Shown: positions 16,459-25,398 of the stretch, piece after piece
How the letters are laid out: each line of letters begins with the position of its first letter
Position numbering within the stretch: position 1 is the first letter of the stretch
Made by a program: the position numbers and the translations under genes
Assembly: GCA_028275775.1 (NCBI GenBank)
Contig: JAPWTZ010000005.1
Span: forward strand, 612-32,611
DNA length: 32,000 bases
Source of the DNA: Candidatus Nanopusillus sp.
GTDB lineage: Archaea > Nanobdellota > Nanobdellia > Nanobdellales > Nanobdellaceae
Reading direction: 5' to 3'
Notes under the pieces: generated by a model
Seen by the model: the letters and a program-made list of their open reading frames with translations, nothing else
Databases searched by the model: none
Told to the model about the DNA's origin: nothing

Positions 16459-17097
16459 ATGGAAGACTATACAAATTTTGAAAAGCCAAAAATATTGGGG
16501 GTTGGAGATAAAGTACCAGAATTGGTAATAAAAGTGTATGATACGGTAGAAAAAAAGTTCAAAGAAATAAATATATATAAAGATATATTAAATAAAGGAA
16601 AGTTTTTAGTATTATTCTATTATCCAGCAGATTTTACATTTGTATGTCCAACAGAATTAGAAGATCTAGCAGAAAAATATGATCAAATAAAGAAGGAAGG
16701 GGCAGAAGTTATAGCAATGTCAACTGATACTGTATATACACACTTAGCATGGCATGCAACAGAAAAACTATTAGAAAATGTTAAATTTCCAATGGGTGAA
16801 GATCATACAGGAACAATAGCAAAGATGTTCAATGTATATGATTATAAATCCGGAGTAGCATATAGAGCAACAATAATAATTGATCCAGATGGAACTATTG
16901 TAGGAATAGAAGTAAATAATGCAGATGTAGGAAGAGATTCCGATGAACTATTGAGAAAAATAAAAGCATTTAAATATGTAAGAGAGCATCCAGGTGAAGT
17001 ATGTCCAGCAAAATGGGGTAAAGATGTAAATATAACATTAAAGCCAGGAGAAAGCTTAGTAGGAAGAGTATATGAATATTACAAAAAGGGCAAATAA
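16459..17097 (+). CDS. Typical 2-Cys peroxiredoxin (AhpC/Prx1 type)
   Basis: 212 aa. Peroxidatic Cys in FTFVCPTEL and resolving Cys in GEVCPAKW. Confidence 0.85.
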   Translation: MEDYTNFEKPKILGVGDKVPELVIKVYDTVEKKFKEINIYKDILNKGKFLVLFYYPADFTFVCPTELEDLAEKYDQIKKEGAEVIAMSTDTVYTHLAWHATEKLLENVKFPMGEDHTGTIAKMFNVYDYKSGVAYRATIIIDPDGTIVGIEVNNADVGRDSDELLRKIKAFKYVREHPGEVCPAKWGKDVNITLKPGESLVGRVYEYYKKGK

Positions 17098-17098
17098 A

Positions 17099-18454
17099 TT
17101 ATTTATTTTTTAATAGTTCTTCAAAGAATTTATCCCTAATAGGTTCATATACTTTTTTATAAAATTCTTGTTGATCTAAAAGAACCTCTTTTGGAAACTT
17201 TTTTAAATATTCTATTGCGAAGTTCCATGCAATATTATAATCAACTATACTATTTATTTTATCTTTTATCTCTTTATCATAATCTTCTGGTGTTTGATCT
17301 TTATCTCCTATATGAAAATATCCTGTGCTTTTATTATATGGTGCTTCCTCATTTCCAACTTTTATTAATTCTATTTCTTTATCTTCTTCTTTTTTAATAA
17401 AATATGGATGAAATATTTTTCCTTTACTCCTTTTATATATTGGTCTATAATATTTTGCCCATGCATAGAATATTGCTCTATTTAAACCAAAGCTCTTTGC
17501 TTTATTTATATCATTATATAATAGATAATATCTTGCTGCCTGTAATAATCCCATAACCTGGAATCTTCCAACATTTCCCAAATTTTCTCTTTTTATTGAT
17601 ACTTTTTCCTGTCTTAATGTATTTTTATTTAAATAGTTTACAATATAATTTTTTGTTTCTTTTATGGATATTTCTGCTAAATAATCTCCTTCTCCAGGTT
17701 CATATTCTCTCCATTTTTCACTATGTTTAAAATTCTTATAATTTGCCCATGATAAATCAAAATTTTGAATATCGTTTGGTTTAAATACTACGCATACATA
17801 ATCCAAAAATCTATGAAAAGATAAGGGTACTGTAAATACTCTTTGTATATCTATTTTATTTTCAACTTTAAATTCCCTTGATTTTCCCTTTGCTTTTGAT
17901 ATTTCTTTTTCCAAATCATCCTTTGCTTTCTTTAATATAAAATCTACAATTGCAAATGCAATATTTAATGGATGATATTTATTTAATATACTTTCTGAAA
18001 ATGCTTTTTCATTAATATGTACATGTATTCCCCTTCCACTCCATTTTAAATATACAGATTTATATATTTTATATTTTTCTAAATATGAAACAAGTATTTC
18101 TGCAACATTTTTTATTATATCAAAATCTTCTAATGTTCCATCAATATCAAAAATTGGTGTTACATATTTTATATTATTTATATCTTTTAATTTATCCTCA
18201 GAAATTTGGTTATATAAATTTATTGTTGCATAAATTGTTCTAAATTTTAAATAAGAGAATTTTGTAAATAAAGATTTGTATTCATCCTCATTTTCAATTT
18301 TTAATGGTTTTTTATCTTTATCATATCTTATAAATACTCTCTGATCCAATCTATTTGTTTCTAAAGCAATCCATCTATTTTTTGAATAATCAATAATTTC
18401 TTTTATAACATATTCATTCATGTAATAATTTTTTATTTCAGACCATTCTATCAT
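17099..18454 (-). CDS. priS: Archaeo-eukaryotic DNA primase, single chain: PriS-type catalytic domain plus helical C-terminal domain
   Basis: 451 aa. AEP motifs: DIDG (res 103-106), SGRGIHVH (139-146) and RVFTVPLSFH (205-214). The C-terminal ~215 aa are helical (GRFQVMGLLQAARYYLL...). There is only one Cys in the whole protein. Confidence 0.75.
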   Translation of the reverse strand: MIEWSEIKNYYMNEYVIKEIIDYSKNRWIALETNRLDQRVFIRYDKDKKPLKIENEDEYKSLFTKFSYLKFRTIYATINLYNQISEDKLKDINNIKYVTPIFDIDGTLEDFDIIKNVAEILVSYLEKYKIYKSVYLKWSGRGIHVHINEKAFSESILNKYHPLNIAFAIVDFILKKAKDDLEKEISKAKGKSREFKVENKIDIQRVFTVPLSFHRFLDYVCVVFKPNDIQNFDLSWANYKNFKHSEKWREYEPGEGDYLAEISIKETKNYIVNYLNKNTLRQEKVSIKRENLGNVGRFQVMGLLQAARYYLLYNDINKAKSFGLNRAIFYAWAKYYRPIYKRSKGKIFHPYFIKKEEDKEIELIKVGNEEAPYNKSTGYFHIGDKDQTPEDYDKEIKDKINSIVDYNIAWNFAIEYLKKFPKEVLLDQQEFYKKVYEPIRDKFFEELLKNK

Positions 18455-18522
18455 AGTAATCTATAAAATTTTTGATATTGAAAAGCTTAAAATATTTATT
18501 AAAAAATAATTACCTAATTGGA

Positions 18523-19791
18523 TTATGTATATAATGGACCTCCTCCATACCCCCCATATCCTCCATATGTTGTTTGTGATTCATTATTATTTGTTACAGA
18601 ACCCTGTTCAGTTATATTCATTGTTTCGTTATTAGTTTCTATCGAAATCTGTTCGTTTTCCGTTTCTACTTCTGTTTCTCCTTCTAATTCTCTTTCTATT
18701 TCTCTTTTAAAGTGTTCTATATGCTCTTTGATAGCTTCTTCTTCATTATGTTCTCCCATATTTCTTATTACTTCCCAATTATAGTTTTCTAATAGATATT
18801 GAGTATTTAATAATGCAGTTATGTTTCCATTCATAACTTCTTGTATTGTTAATGTCAATGTTTGATTTAACTGTGGTAATATATTACATATTGGTAATTG
18901 ATTATTTGTATAATTACATAATACTTCAAATTTATCTAATAATAAAAGTTGGCGTTCTAATAATCTATTAATGCGTTTTTCTATAATTTCAGTTAAATTT
19001 AATGTTTCATTTCTAAACATTTTATAATCATTTTCGATTTCTTGTTTTAATTCTTCCTTTTCTTGTGTTATATTTACATTATTATTTACAACCATTGGTA
19101 CTATACAAACTCCATTAATCTCTCCAGTAAATATTTCTCTAATATCTTCCCAAGATGTATTTGATGTTATATTTACGTATAGATAATTTTGACAAGGTAC
19201 TGGTGGTTGATTACTACTATATATTTCATAAGATATATTTAATGAAGTTAATTGGTCTGTTATATTTCCTAAAGAAGAGCTTGCTCCAGTAAATATAACT
19301 ACATTGCTTACATTTAATTTTTCTAATGCATATAAAGTGCTTTCAGGTAATACACCATTTGGTACAATTAATATTGGTTCATCATTGTCTTCAGCATATT
19401 GAACAGCCTCAGTGACTAATTGTAATTTATCAGGACTTACATGTTCATTAACTAAATCTCTTGTAATTAATACTGCACCACTAGAACTATTCCAGAAATA
19501 TAATGCTACATATGCTGATGTATCATATCTTGTTGTTCCCCATATCCATAAATAACTAATATTTGACTGATTTAGATCTTGTTGTAATAAATTTGATATT
19601 ACTGCAGGTCCTCCAATTATTATTACATTTGTTACATTATCATTTACAAGCATTTGTACTGTATTATTTATATCTACTGGATTTTGATATACTATATATA
19701 CTGGCAATTTGTATATATGTCCTACTACGTTTGCTACCAAATAGTCTGCATATGTTATATTTGTAACTAAAATCGCTGTAACCATAAACAT
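18523..19791 (-). CDS. Protein with CWB2-like (putative cell-wall-binding repeat 2, toprim-fold) modules, coiled-coil region and Gly/Tyr-rich C-tail
   Basis: 422 aa. Modules: AILVTNITYADYLVANVVGHIYKLPVYIV...VIIIGGPAVIS and WGTTRYDTSAYVA...GAVLITRD...EPILIVPNG...VVIFTGASSS. About 20 N-x-S/T sequons. The tail is TTYGGYGGYGGGPLYT. No signal peptide, and an in-frame stop lies 18 nt upstream. Confidence 0.5.
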   Translation of the reverse strand: MFMVTAILVTNITYADYLVANVVGHIYKLPVYIVYQNPVDINNTVQMLVNDNVTNVIIIGGPAVISNLLQQDLNQSNISYLWIWGTTRYDTSAYVALYFWNSSSGAVLITRDLVNEHVSPDKLQLVTEAVQYAEDNDEPILIVPNGVLPESTLYALEKLNVSNVVIFTGASSSLGNITDQLTSLNISYEIYSSNQPPVPCQNYLYVNITSNTSWEDIREIFTGEINGVCIVPMVVNNNVNITQEKEELKQEIENDYKMFRNETLNLTEIIEKRINRLLERQLLLLDKFEVLCNYTNNQLPICNILPQLNQTLTLTIQEVMNGNITALLNTQYLLENYNWEVIRNMGEHNEEEAIKEHIEHFKREIERELEGETEVETENEQISIETNNETMNITEQGSVTNNNESQTTYGGYGGYGGGPLYT

Positions 19792-19809
19792 TAATTGATA
19801 GTAAATAAT

Positions 19810-20667
19810 TTAAATATTATTTAATATTTTTTCATAAACTTCTTTCTCATTATTAAAAATAAATCCTGCAGCATATTTATGACCACCACCATTAAGTAAT
19901 TTTGCTATTTCACTTACATCTTTATTATTTAATGTCCTTATTTCTCCTCTTTTAGATTTTTCATATAATGTTATTATAAAATCTGGATTATCTCTTATTT
20001 TTTCTTTTATATATTCTAAAATATAGTTTGATGGAATATTTTTGTCCAGTTTTATTATATAAATCTTATATTTTTTATTTATTATTGTTATATTTTTATC
20101 CAAATTTTTATATATTTCATTTAATTCTTTCCTAAATCTTTTTATAACATTATAATCAATTATTTCTTTAATATCTTTGTTTAATAGATTTTTTGCTATT
20201 GATATAAAATATAAATCATATGATTTTGGATAAAAATATCTTATTGACACTATATAATCTACAAAATCTTTTTCTATATTATTTTTTATTTCTCCAGAAT
20301 CTATATCATCAATAATATCTAAATATTTAAATTCTACATTTAGATATTCTGATAAAACTCTTGCAGCTGATTTATAGTTTCTTATATATATATTTACCCT
20401 TGATGTAATTTCATTAAAATTTTTTTCATGATGGTCTATCCAATAAACTTTCTTAAAATATGAGGATAGATATATTGCTTCTTGATTTGTTGCAATATCT
20501 GTAATATACAATTCTTCATCCTTATCATTATTTTCTATTACCCTTATTAATGTATTATTTATTAATCTCGGACTTGAGAAATAAACTTTAAATTTATCAC
20601 CAAACTTTTTATATAATATTGAAAGACATGCTATTCCATCTATATCCCAATGGGTAATTGCAATCAC
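19810..20667 (-). CDS. DHH/DHHA1 phosphoesterase (short RecJ/NrnA-like)
   Basis: 285 aa. Motifs HWDIDG, ITD, IDHH and C-terminal GGGHKYAAGF. The start overlaps the hef stop by 4 nt. Confidence 0.75.
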   Translation of the reverse strand: MIAITHWDIDGIACLSILYKKFGDKFKVYFSSPRLINNTLIRVIENNDKDEELYITDIATNQEAIYLSSYFKKVYWIDHHEKNFNEITSRVNIYIRNYKSAARVLSEYLNVEFKYLDIIDDIDSGEIKNNIEKDFVDYIVSIRYFYPKSYDLYFISIAKNLLNKDIKEIIDYNVIKRFRKELNEIYKNLDKNITIINKKYKIYIIKLDKNIPSNYILEYIKEKIRDNPDFIITLYEKSKRGEIRTLNNKDVSEIAKLLNGGGHKYAAGFIFNNEKEVYEKILNNI

Positions 20668-22904
20668 TTTTTATATTCTTCTTCAAAAATTTTTTTAATT
20701 CTTTCAGCTTTCTTTTCTCCAACAATATTTTCTAATTCAGTTTTATTTGCTAAAAATATATTTTTTAATGATTTAAATCTTTCTAATAATTTTAATGCTA
20801 GATTTTCTCCAATACCAGGTATAGATTTTAATATTTCTAATTTAACTTCATTTAGATCTTCATAATTTTTTACCTTTTCAGGTATATTAGGAAACTTATT
20901 ATAATTTTTAGCCAATAAGTATAAATAATTCGCTGTTTCTAAAAAGTCTGAAGTTCTTATAATTGGTATTTTATATTCTAAAATTATTTTTAATATTAAT
21001 GTCCTTATATAATTTACTGAAATATTTGTATCTATTCCTAAACTATCCTCAGTTCCTTCTAATATTAAAATAGATTTTTTATCCTTTAATTTTTCTAACT
21101 GATTATATAATCTTCCATCTAATATTGAATTAATAAAATCTAATATATTTTTTCTTTCAATTATTAAATCTCCAATTATATAATCTCCAATATCTAAATT
21201 TTCTAATTTTATTAAAATATCTGTATTCGCTAAGGTTTGTACTACTCCAGATTCCTTTTCTTTATAATCTACAATAATCATAGGAACATTTGATTTTGTA
21301 TTAATTATATTTGATGAATCATCTTTTTCTTGAGAAGTTTGACTACCTGTAATATACTTAAATATTCCCCCCGATTTTTTAACACTTTCAGCCATCATTT
21401 TATTATTTATATTATTCTCCTCTATATTATTATTTATTTTTAGATATTTTTTTAATTTTTTAACTATATATAACATCTTCTTTTCTTTTCTTATTGAGAC
21501 CCAGTAAAATCTTTCATCCATTGTATTTTTTGTAACTAATATTATTACTTCTCCAATTTCACCTCTACCAGTTCTACCTTTTCTTTGTATATATCTAATT
21601 TCAGACGGAACAGGTTCATAAAATACTACAATATCAACTTTTGGTATATCAATACCTTCTTCTCCAACAGATGTTGATAATAGTACATTGAATCTACCTT
21701 CTGAAAAATCTTTTAATAATTTCATTTGTTCACTTCTACTCATTTCTTTTTTTCCAACAAACTTTTCAGCCCTTATATTATTTTTATCACAATATTCTTT
21801 TATTCTATCTAATGTTTTCCTTATTTGTGCAAATACAATTATTTTTTTATCTTTATTTTCCTTTAATATTTCTATTAATTTTAATAATTTTGGATGTTCA
21901 ATATTTTTGTTAATATATTCTTTTGCTAAATATATTGCTTTCTTTATTCTTATATCATCTAAAACTTCATAATCAGCTTTACTTTTTCTTATATCATTTT
22001 CAATATCTTTAAAATAACTTATAAAAGTATATAAGGTTTGGGTTTCTAAAACTTCTAGAGCATGATATATTTTTAATGTTTCAGATAGTAATTCTACTAT
22101 TTCTTTTAATCTATAATCTCTTCCTCTAATTTCTAAATTCTTTTTAATTTCTTCTATCCATTTTAATATATCTTTTTTACCTTTATTAATATCAATTGAT
22201 GGATCCAATTCCTTTATTTTTGATATTCTTAAATCTATTGCTTTTATTATCAAATCTCTAATATTATTTAATTCATTATTTAATTCTACATCTACTCTCT
22301 TAATTTCAATACCAGCCATATATTTTTTAATATCTTTTTCTTCTCCAGTTCTTATTTCAATATTTTTTATATATAAATTGTTTATTACTTCTTCTATTCT
22401 TTCAATATTCCAACCAGGAGAAGCAGTTAATCCAACTATTCTATAATCCTTTGCCTGTTCTACAAACTTTTTTGCAATAAATGTATATGAGTATTTTTTA
22501 ACTGCTCTATGTGCCTCATCAAATATTATTGTTGAAGCATCATAAAATGTTACCCTTCCGCTTATTAAATCATTTTGTAATGTCTGTGGTGTTACAAAAA
22601 TTATTTTTCCTTGTTTATATAAATAATTTCTTCTTTCCTGTTGAACATCCCCAGTAATTACAATGCTTTTATCTTTTAGTTCTGGAAAAAATTTTATAAA
22701 GTTATTATAATGTTGGGTTACTAATGGTTTTGTTGGGGCTAAAAAATATATTTTTTTATTTGGAAATAATTTTAATCTTTCAATAATAAGAAAAAAGGCA
22801 ATAATTGTCTTTCCAGTACCTGTTGGTAATATAACAAGTGTATTTTCCTTTAAGCATGATTCTAATATATTCTTTTGATATTCCCTTAATTCTATAGAAG
22901 GCAT
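20664..22904 (-). CDS. hef: Hef: SF2 helicase fused to ERCC4/XPF nuclease and HhH2
   Basis: 746 aa. Helicase motifs LPTGTGKT, DEAH and QRKGRTGR. Nuclease motif GDYIIGDLIIERKNILDF. Terminal IPGIGENLALKLLERF. Confidence 0.9.
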   Translation of the reverse strand: MPSIELREYQKNILESCLKENTLVILPTGTGKTIIAFFLIIERLKLFPNKKIYFLAPTKPLVTQHYNNFIKFFPELKDKSIVITGDVQQERRNYLYKQGKIIFVTPQTLQNDLISGRVTFYDASTIIFDEAHRAVKKYSYTFIAKKFVEQAKDYRIVGLTASPGWNIERIEEVINNLYIKNIEIRTGEEKDIKKYMAGIEIKRVDVELNNELNNIRDLIIKAIDLRISKIKELDPSIDINKGKKDILKWIEEIKKNLEIRGRDYRLKEIVELLSETLKIYHALEVLETQTLYTFISYFKDIENDIRKSKADYEVLDDIRIKKAIYLAKEYINKNIEHPKLLKLIEILKENKDKKIIVFAQIRKTLDRIKEYCDKNNIRAEKFVGKKEMSRSEQMKLLKDFSEGRFNVLLSTSVGEEGIDIPKVDIVVFYEPVPSEIRYIQRKGRTGRGEIGEVIILVTKNTMDERFYWVSIRKEKKMLYIVKKLKKYLKINNNIEENNINNKMMAESVKKSGGIFKYITGSQTSQEKDDSSNIINTKSNVPMIIVDYKEKESGVVQTLANTDILIKLENLDIGDYIIGDLIIERKNILDFINSILDGRLYNQLEKLKDKKSILILEGTEDSLGIDTNISVNYIRTLILKIILEYKIPIIRTSDFLETANYLYLLAKNYNKFPNIPEKVKNYEDLNEVKLEILKSIPGIGENLALKLLERFKSLKNIFLANKTELENIVGEKKAERIKKIFEEEYKK

Positions 22905-22928
22905 AATATAAAAATATTAAAAAGATTT

Positions 22929-23210
22929 TTATTTATTTATGAATTCTGTAATCTTCTTTTGTATATCATTTTCACTAAATATATTAAAATAATCTTTGTA
23001 TTTTTCAACTATATTCTTATCAATATCTCCTACAATTGCTACATTCATTTTTCCCTTTTTTCTATATTTTTCTTTATATTTTTTTAATGCTTCAAATATA
23101 GATTCTAAGTCATTTGTATCTTTTACATAATTTTTTATATACCAAATTAAATTATCATTACCTTCTAAAGATATATTTTTAGTTATTTTTATTATTAAGC
23201 TATATCTCAT
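22929..23210 (-). CDS. Hypothetical protein (93 aa)
   Basis: ORF with cytosol-like composition in a co-directional array (7 nt before trm1, 24 nt after hef). No motif recognised. Confidence 0.4.
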   Translation of the reverse strand: MRYSLIIKITKNISLEGNDNLIWYIKNYVKDTNDLESIFEALKKYKEKYRKKGKMNVAIVGDIDKNIVEKYKDYFNIFSENDIQKKITEFINK

Positions 23211-23217
23211 AATATAT

Positions 23218-24303
23218 TTATATTTTTGGATAGTATAAAGTTTTTATTCCATAATCTGTAAAATGTGTCCTGCATCCATTATTTATCTCTAATATTTTTT
23301 CCATTTTTGGTAAATTTCTCTTATAAAAAGAAGAAATTTTTCTTATATCATAATAATACCATAAATTTATTTTTGAATCACAATTTATTATTCTATCAAT
23401 TACTTTCTTTTCATCTTTATCTAAATTTATTAAATCAATATTATTCTTAATATTATTTATTATATTTTCATCATATAATTTTCCAATATATATAGGTCCC
23501 AATTTAATTAAATCATTATCACATACTTTACATTTTCCATTTTCCAATGATTTATATCCACAATTTTTACAATAGTATATTTCTTTTATATTTTCTATTA
23601 AATAATTTATATCTTTACTTTTAGTACTTTTCTTAACAAATATTCTATAATGATGATTATAATAATATGAAAAAATTGGAATTAATGCAATATCATATTT
23701 TAATCCTTCAGATATTATATATTTTGCTAAATTTCTTAACCCAAATTCTAAATAAAAATCTGTTTTTATTCCTATTGTATTATATTTTCTAAAACAAGAT
23801 ATTGGTTTAGATCCTGATAATGATGAAATATCTGTTGCAGTAATTCCAGCAATTCCATTATTTTTTAATGCTTTTGGTAATAATTCTACAAAACCTATTG
23901 GAGAACCAAAAGGATCTATATCAATATAATCAAATTTATATTTCAATAATATTTCTCTACAATCTTTATTTAATATAATTATTCTTTCATCATTTTCTAA
24001 ATTATTAATCTTTAAATTTTCTTTTATATTTTCTATTGCTTCTTTTTTTATATCATTTATGTATATTTTATTTACAACTTCAGGTATTTCTTTTAATATT
24101 CTTATAGATCTAATACCAGTAGCAGCCATACAATCTAAAATATCAAACCTTTTCTTTGCTATATTATAATAAGATTTCAATATTATTATTGTAAAATCCC
24201 TATTTATTTTCATTAATGGGTTATAAAATACTGGTAATTTTGATGATAATTTCTTTAAAAAATCTGGATTATAATTTATTATTGCCTTTCCTTCATTCAT
24301 CAA
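23218..24303 (-). CDS. trm1: tRNA (guanine26-N2)-dimethyltransferase Trm1
   Basis: 361 aa. VFYNPLMKINRD, AATGIRSIR, DIDPFGSP, ITATD and the Zn motif CKNCGY...CKVCD. Confidence 0.85.
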   Translation of the reverse strand: MMNEGKAIINYNPDFLKKLSSKLPVFYNPLMKINRDFTIIILKSYYNIAKKRFDILDCMAATGIRSIRILKEIPEVVNKIYINDIKKEAIENIKENLKINNLENDERIIILNKDCREILLKYKFDYIDIDPFGSPIGFVELLPKALKNNGIAGITATDISSLSGSKPISCFRKYNTIGIKTDFYLEFGLRNLAKYIISEGLKYDIALIPIFSYYYNHHYRIFVKKSTKSKDINYLIENIKEIYYCKNCGYKSLENGKCKVCDNDLIKLGPIYIGKLYDENIINNIKNNIDLINLDKDEKKVIDRIINCDSKINLWYYYDIRKISSFYKRNLPKMEKILEINNGCRTHFTDYGIKTLYYPKI

Positions 24304-24634
24304 TATCTACAAAAGTTTTATCTTCTTTTTTAATTATTCTTAACTTATATCTTGTTGGTGGCTTTTTAATTCCTCTAGACCAGATATAATTATTTAATCT
24401 TACAGATAATAAAACATTTTTTGATTTATATCTTTTCATTATAATTTCTCTTATTACTTTTGCTGCCTTTTTTGCTCTTCTTTTTAATGGTGTTTTTAAT
24501 ATCCATTTCCTTATATTTATTTTTATATGAAATTCTTGTATATTTTCCTTCTTTTCAACATTTTCTTGAGTTTGTTGAACTTGTTGATTTTGTTGAACAT
24601 TTTCTGTTTGTACTAATTGAGTTTCTTCAGGCAT
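24293..24634 (-). CDS. rpl31e: Ribosomal protein L31e with Gln-rich N-terminal extension
   Basis: 113 aa. The core RRAKKAAKVIREIIMKRYKSKNVLLSVRLNNYIWSRGIKKPPTRYKLRI matches L31e. The first ~35 aa (QQNQQVQQTQ...) are extra. Overlaps the trm1 start by 11 nt. Confidence 0.8.
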   Translation of the reverse strand: MPEETQLVQTENVQQNQQVQQTQENVEKKENIQEFHIKINIRKWILKTPLKRRAKKAAKVIREIIMKRYKSKNVLLSVRLNNYIWSRGIKKPPTRYKLRIIKKEDKTFVDIDE

Positions 24635-24657
24635 TATGATATTTGAATAACAAAATT

Positions 24658-25398
24658 TTATAAAGTTTGATTTTTATTTTTTCTACAGTTTTCTATATTT
24701 TCTTTTGCAATTCTTAATATTCCCATTAGTAAAGAATATTCTCTTTTTGTAATTAATGCTTTTCCAATTAAATTTCTTAATCCTCTATATATTACTGGTT
24801 TTCTATAATCTTGAGAAGGTAATGCATCTACAAAATCTTTAAACATTTTATATAAATATTTTCTTTCTTGATTATTTATTAATTTAAATACTTTTCTTAT
24901 TGGATTGTTTCTTGAAATAAATAATTCATATAATATTATTGCTGCAGCATGTGTTATATTCATTATTGGATATTCTTCACTTGCGGGTATTGTAATTATT
25001 CCATCAAATTTATCTAATTCTTCATTACTAAAACCTCTAGATTCTCTTCCAAAAAATATACCAACTTTTCCGTCATATTTATATATAGAATTTGCAAATT
25101 CTCTAGGAGTCAATGGATTTCTTAATACTTCATTTCCCATTTTTGAAGAAACCCCAGTTGTACCATAATTTATATCAAATAAATCAATTACTTCATCTAA
25201 ACTATTATATATTTTCATATTCTTTATTATTTCCCATCCCTTTTCCCTTGCAACAATTTTTACCTTATCTCCATAAGGATTTACTTTTGGATTTACTAAT
25301 ATTAAATTTTTAAAATCAAAATTTGTCATTACCCTTGCTAATGCACCTATATTATCTTCAGATTCTGGTTCTACAAATATAATATAAAAATCGATCAT
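24658..25398 (-). CDS. trmJ: SpoU/TrmH-family RNA 2'-O-methyltransferase, TrmJ-like
   Basis: 246 aa. IIFVEPESEDNIGALARVMTNFDFKNLILVNP, FGRESRGFSNEE and IPASEEYPIMNITHAAAIILYE, plus a C-terminal helical extension as in TrmJ. Confidence 0.6.
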   Translation of the reverse strand: MIDFYIIFVEPESEDNIGALARVMTNFDFKNLILVNPKVNPYGDKVKIVAREKGWEIIKNMKIYNSLDEVIDLFDINYGTTGVSSKMGNEVLRNPLTPREFANSIYKYDGKVGIFFGRESRGFSNEELDKFDGIITIPASEEYPIMNITHAAAIILYELFISRNNPIRKVFKLINNQERKYLYKMFKDFVDALPSQDYRKPVIYRGLRNLIGKALITKREYSLLMGILRIAKENIENCRKNKNQTL

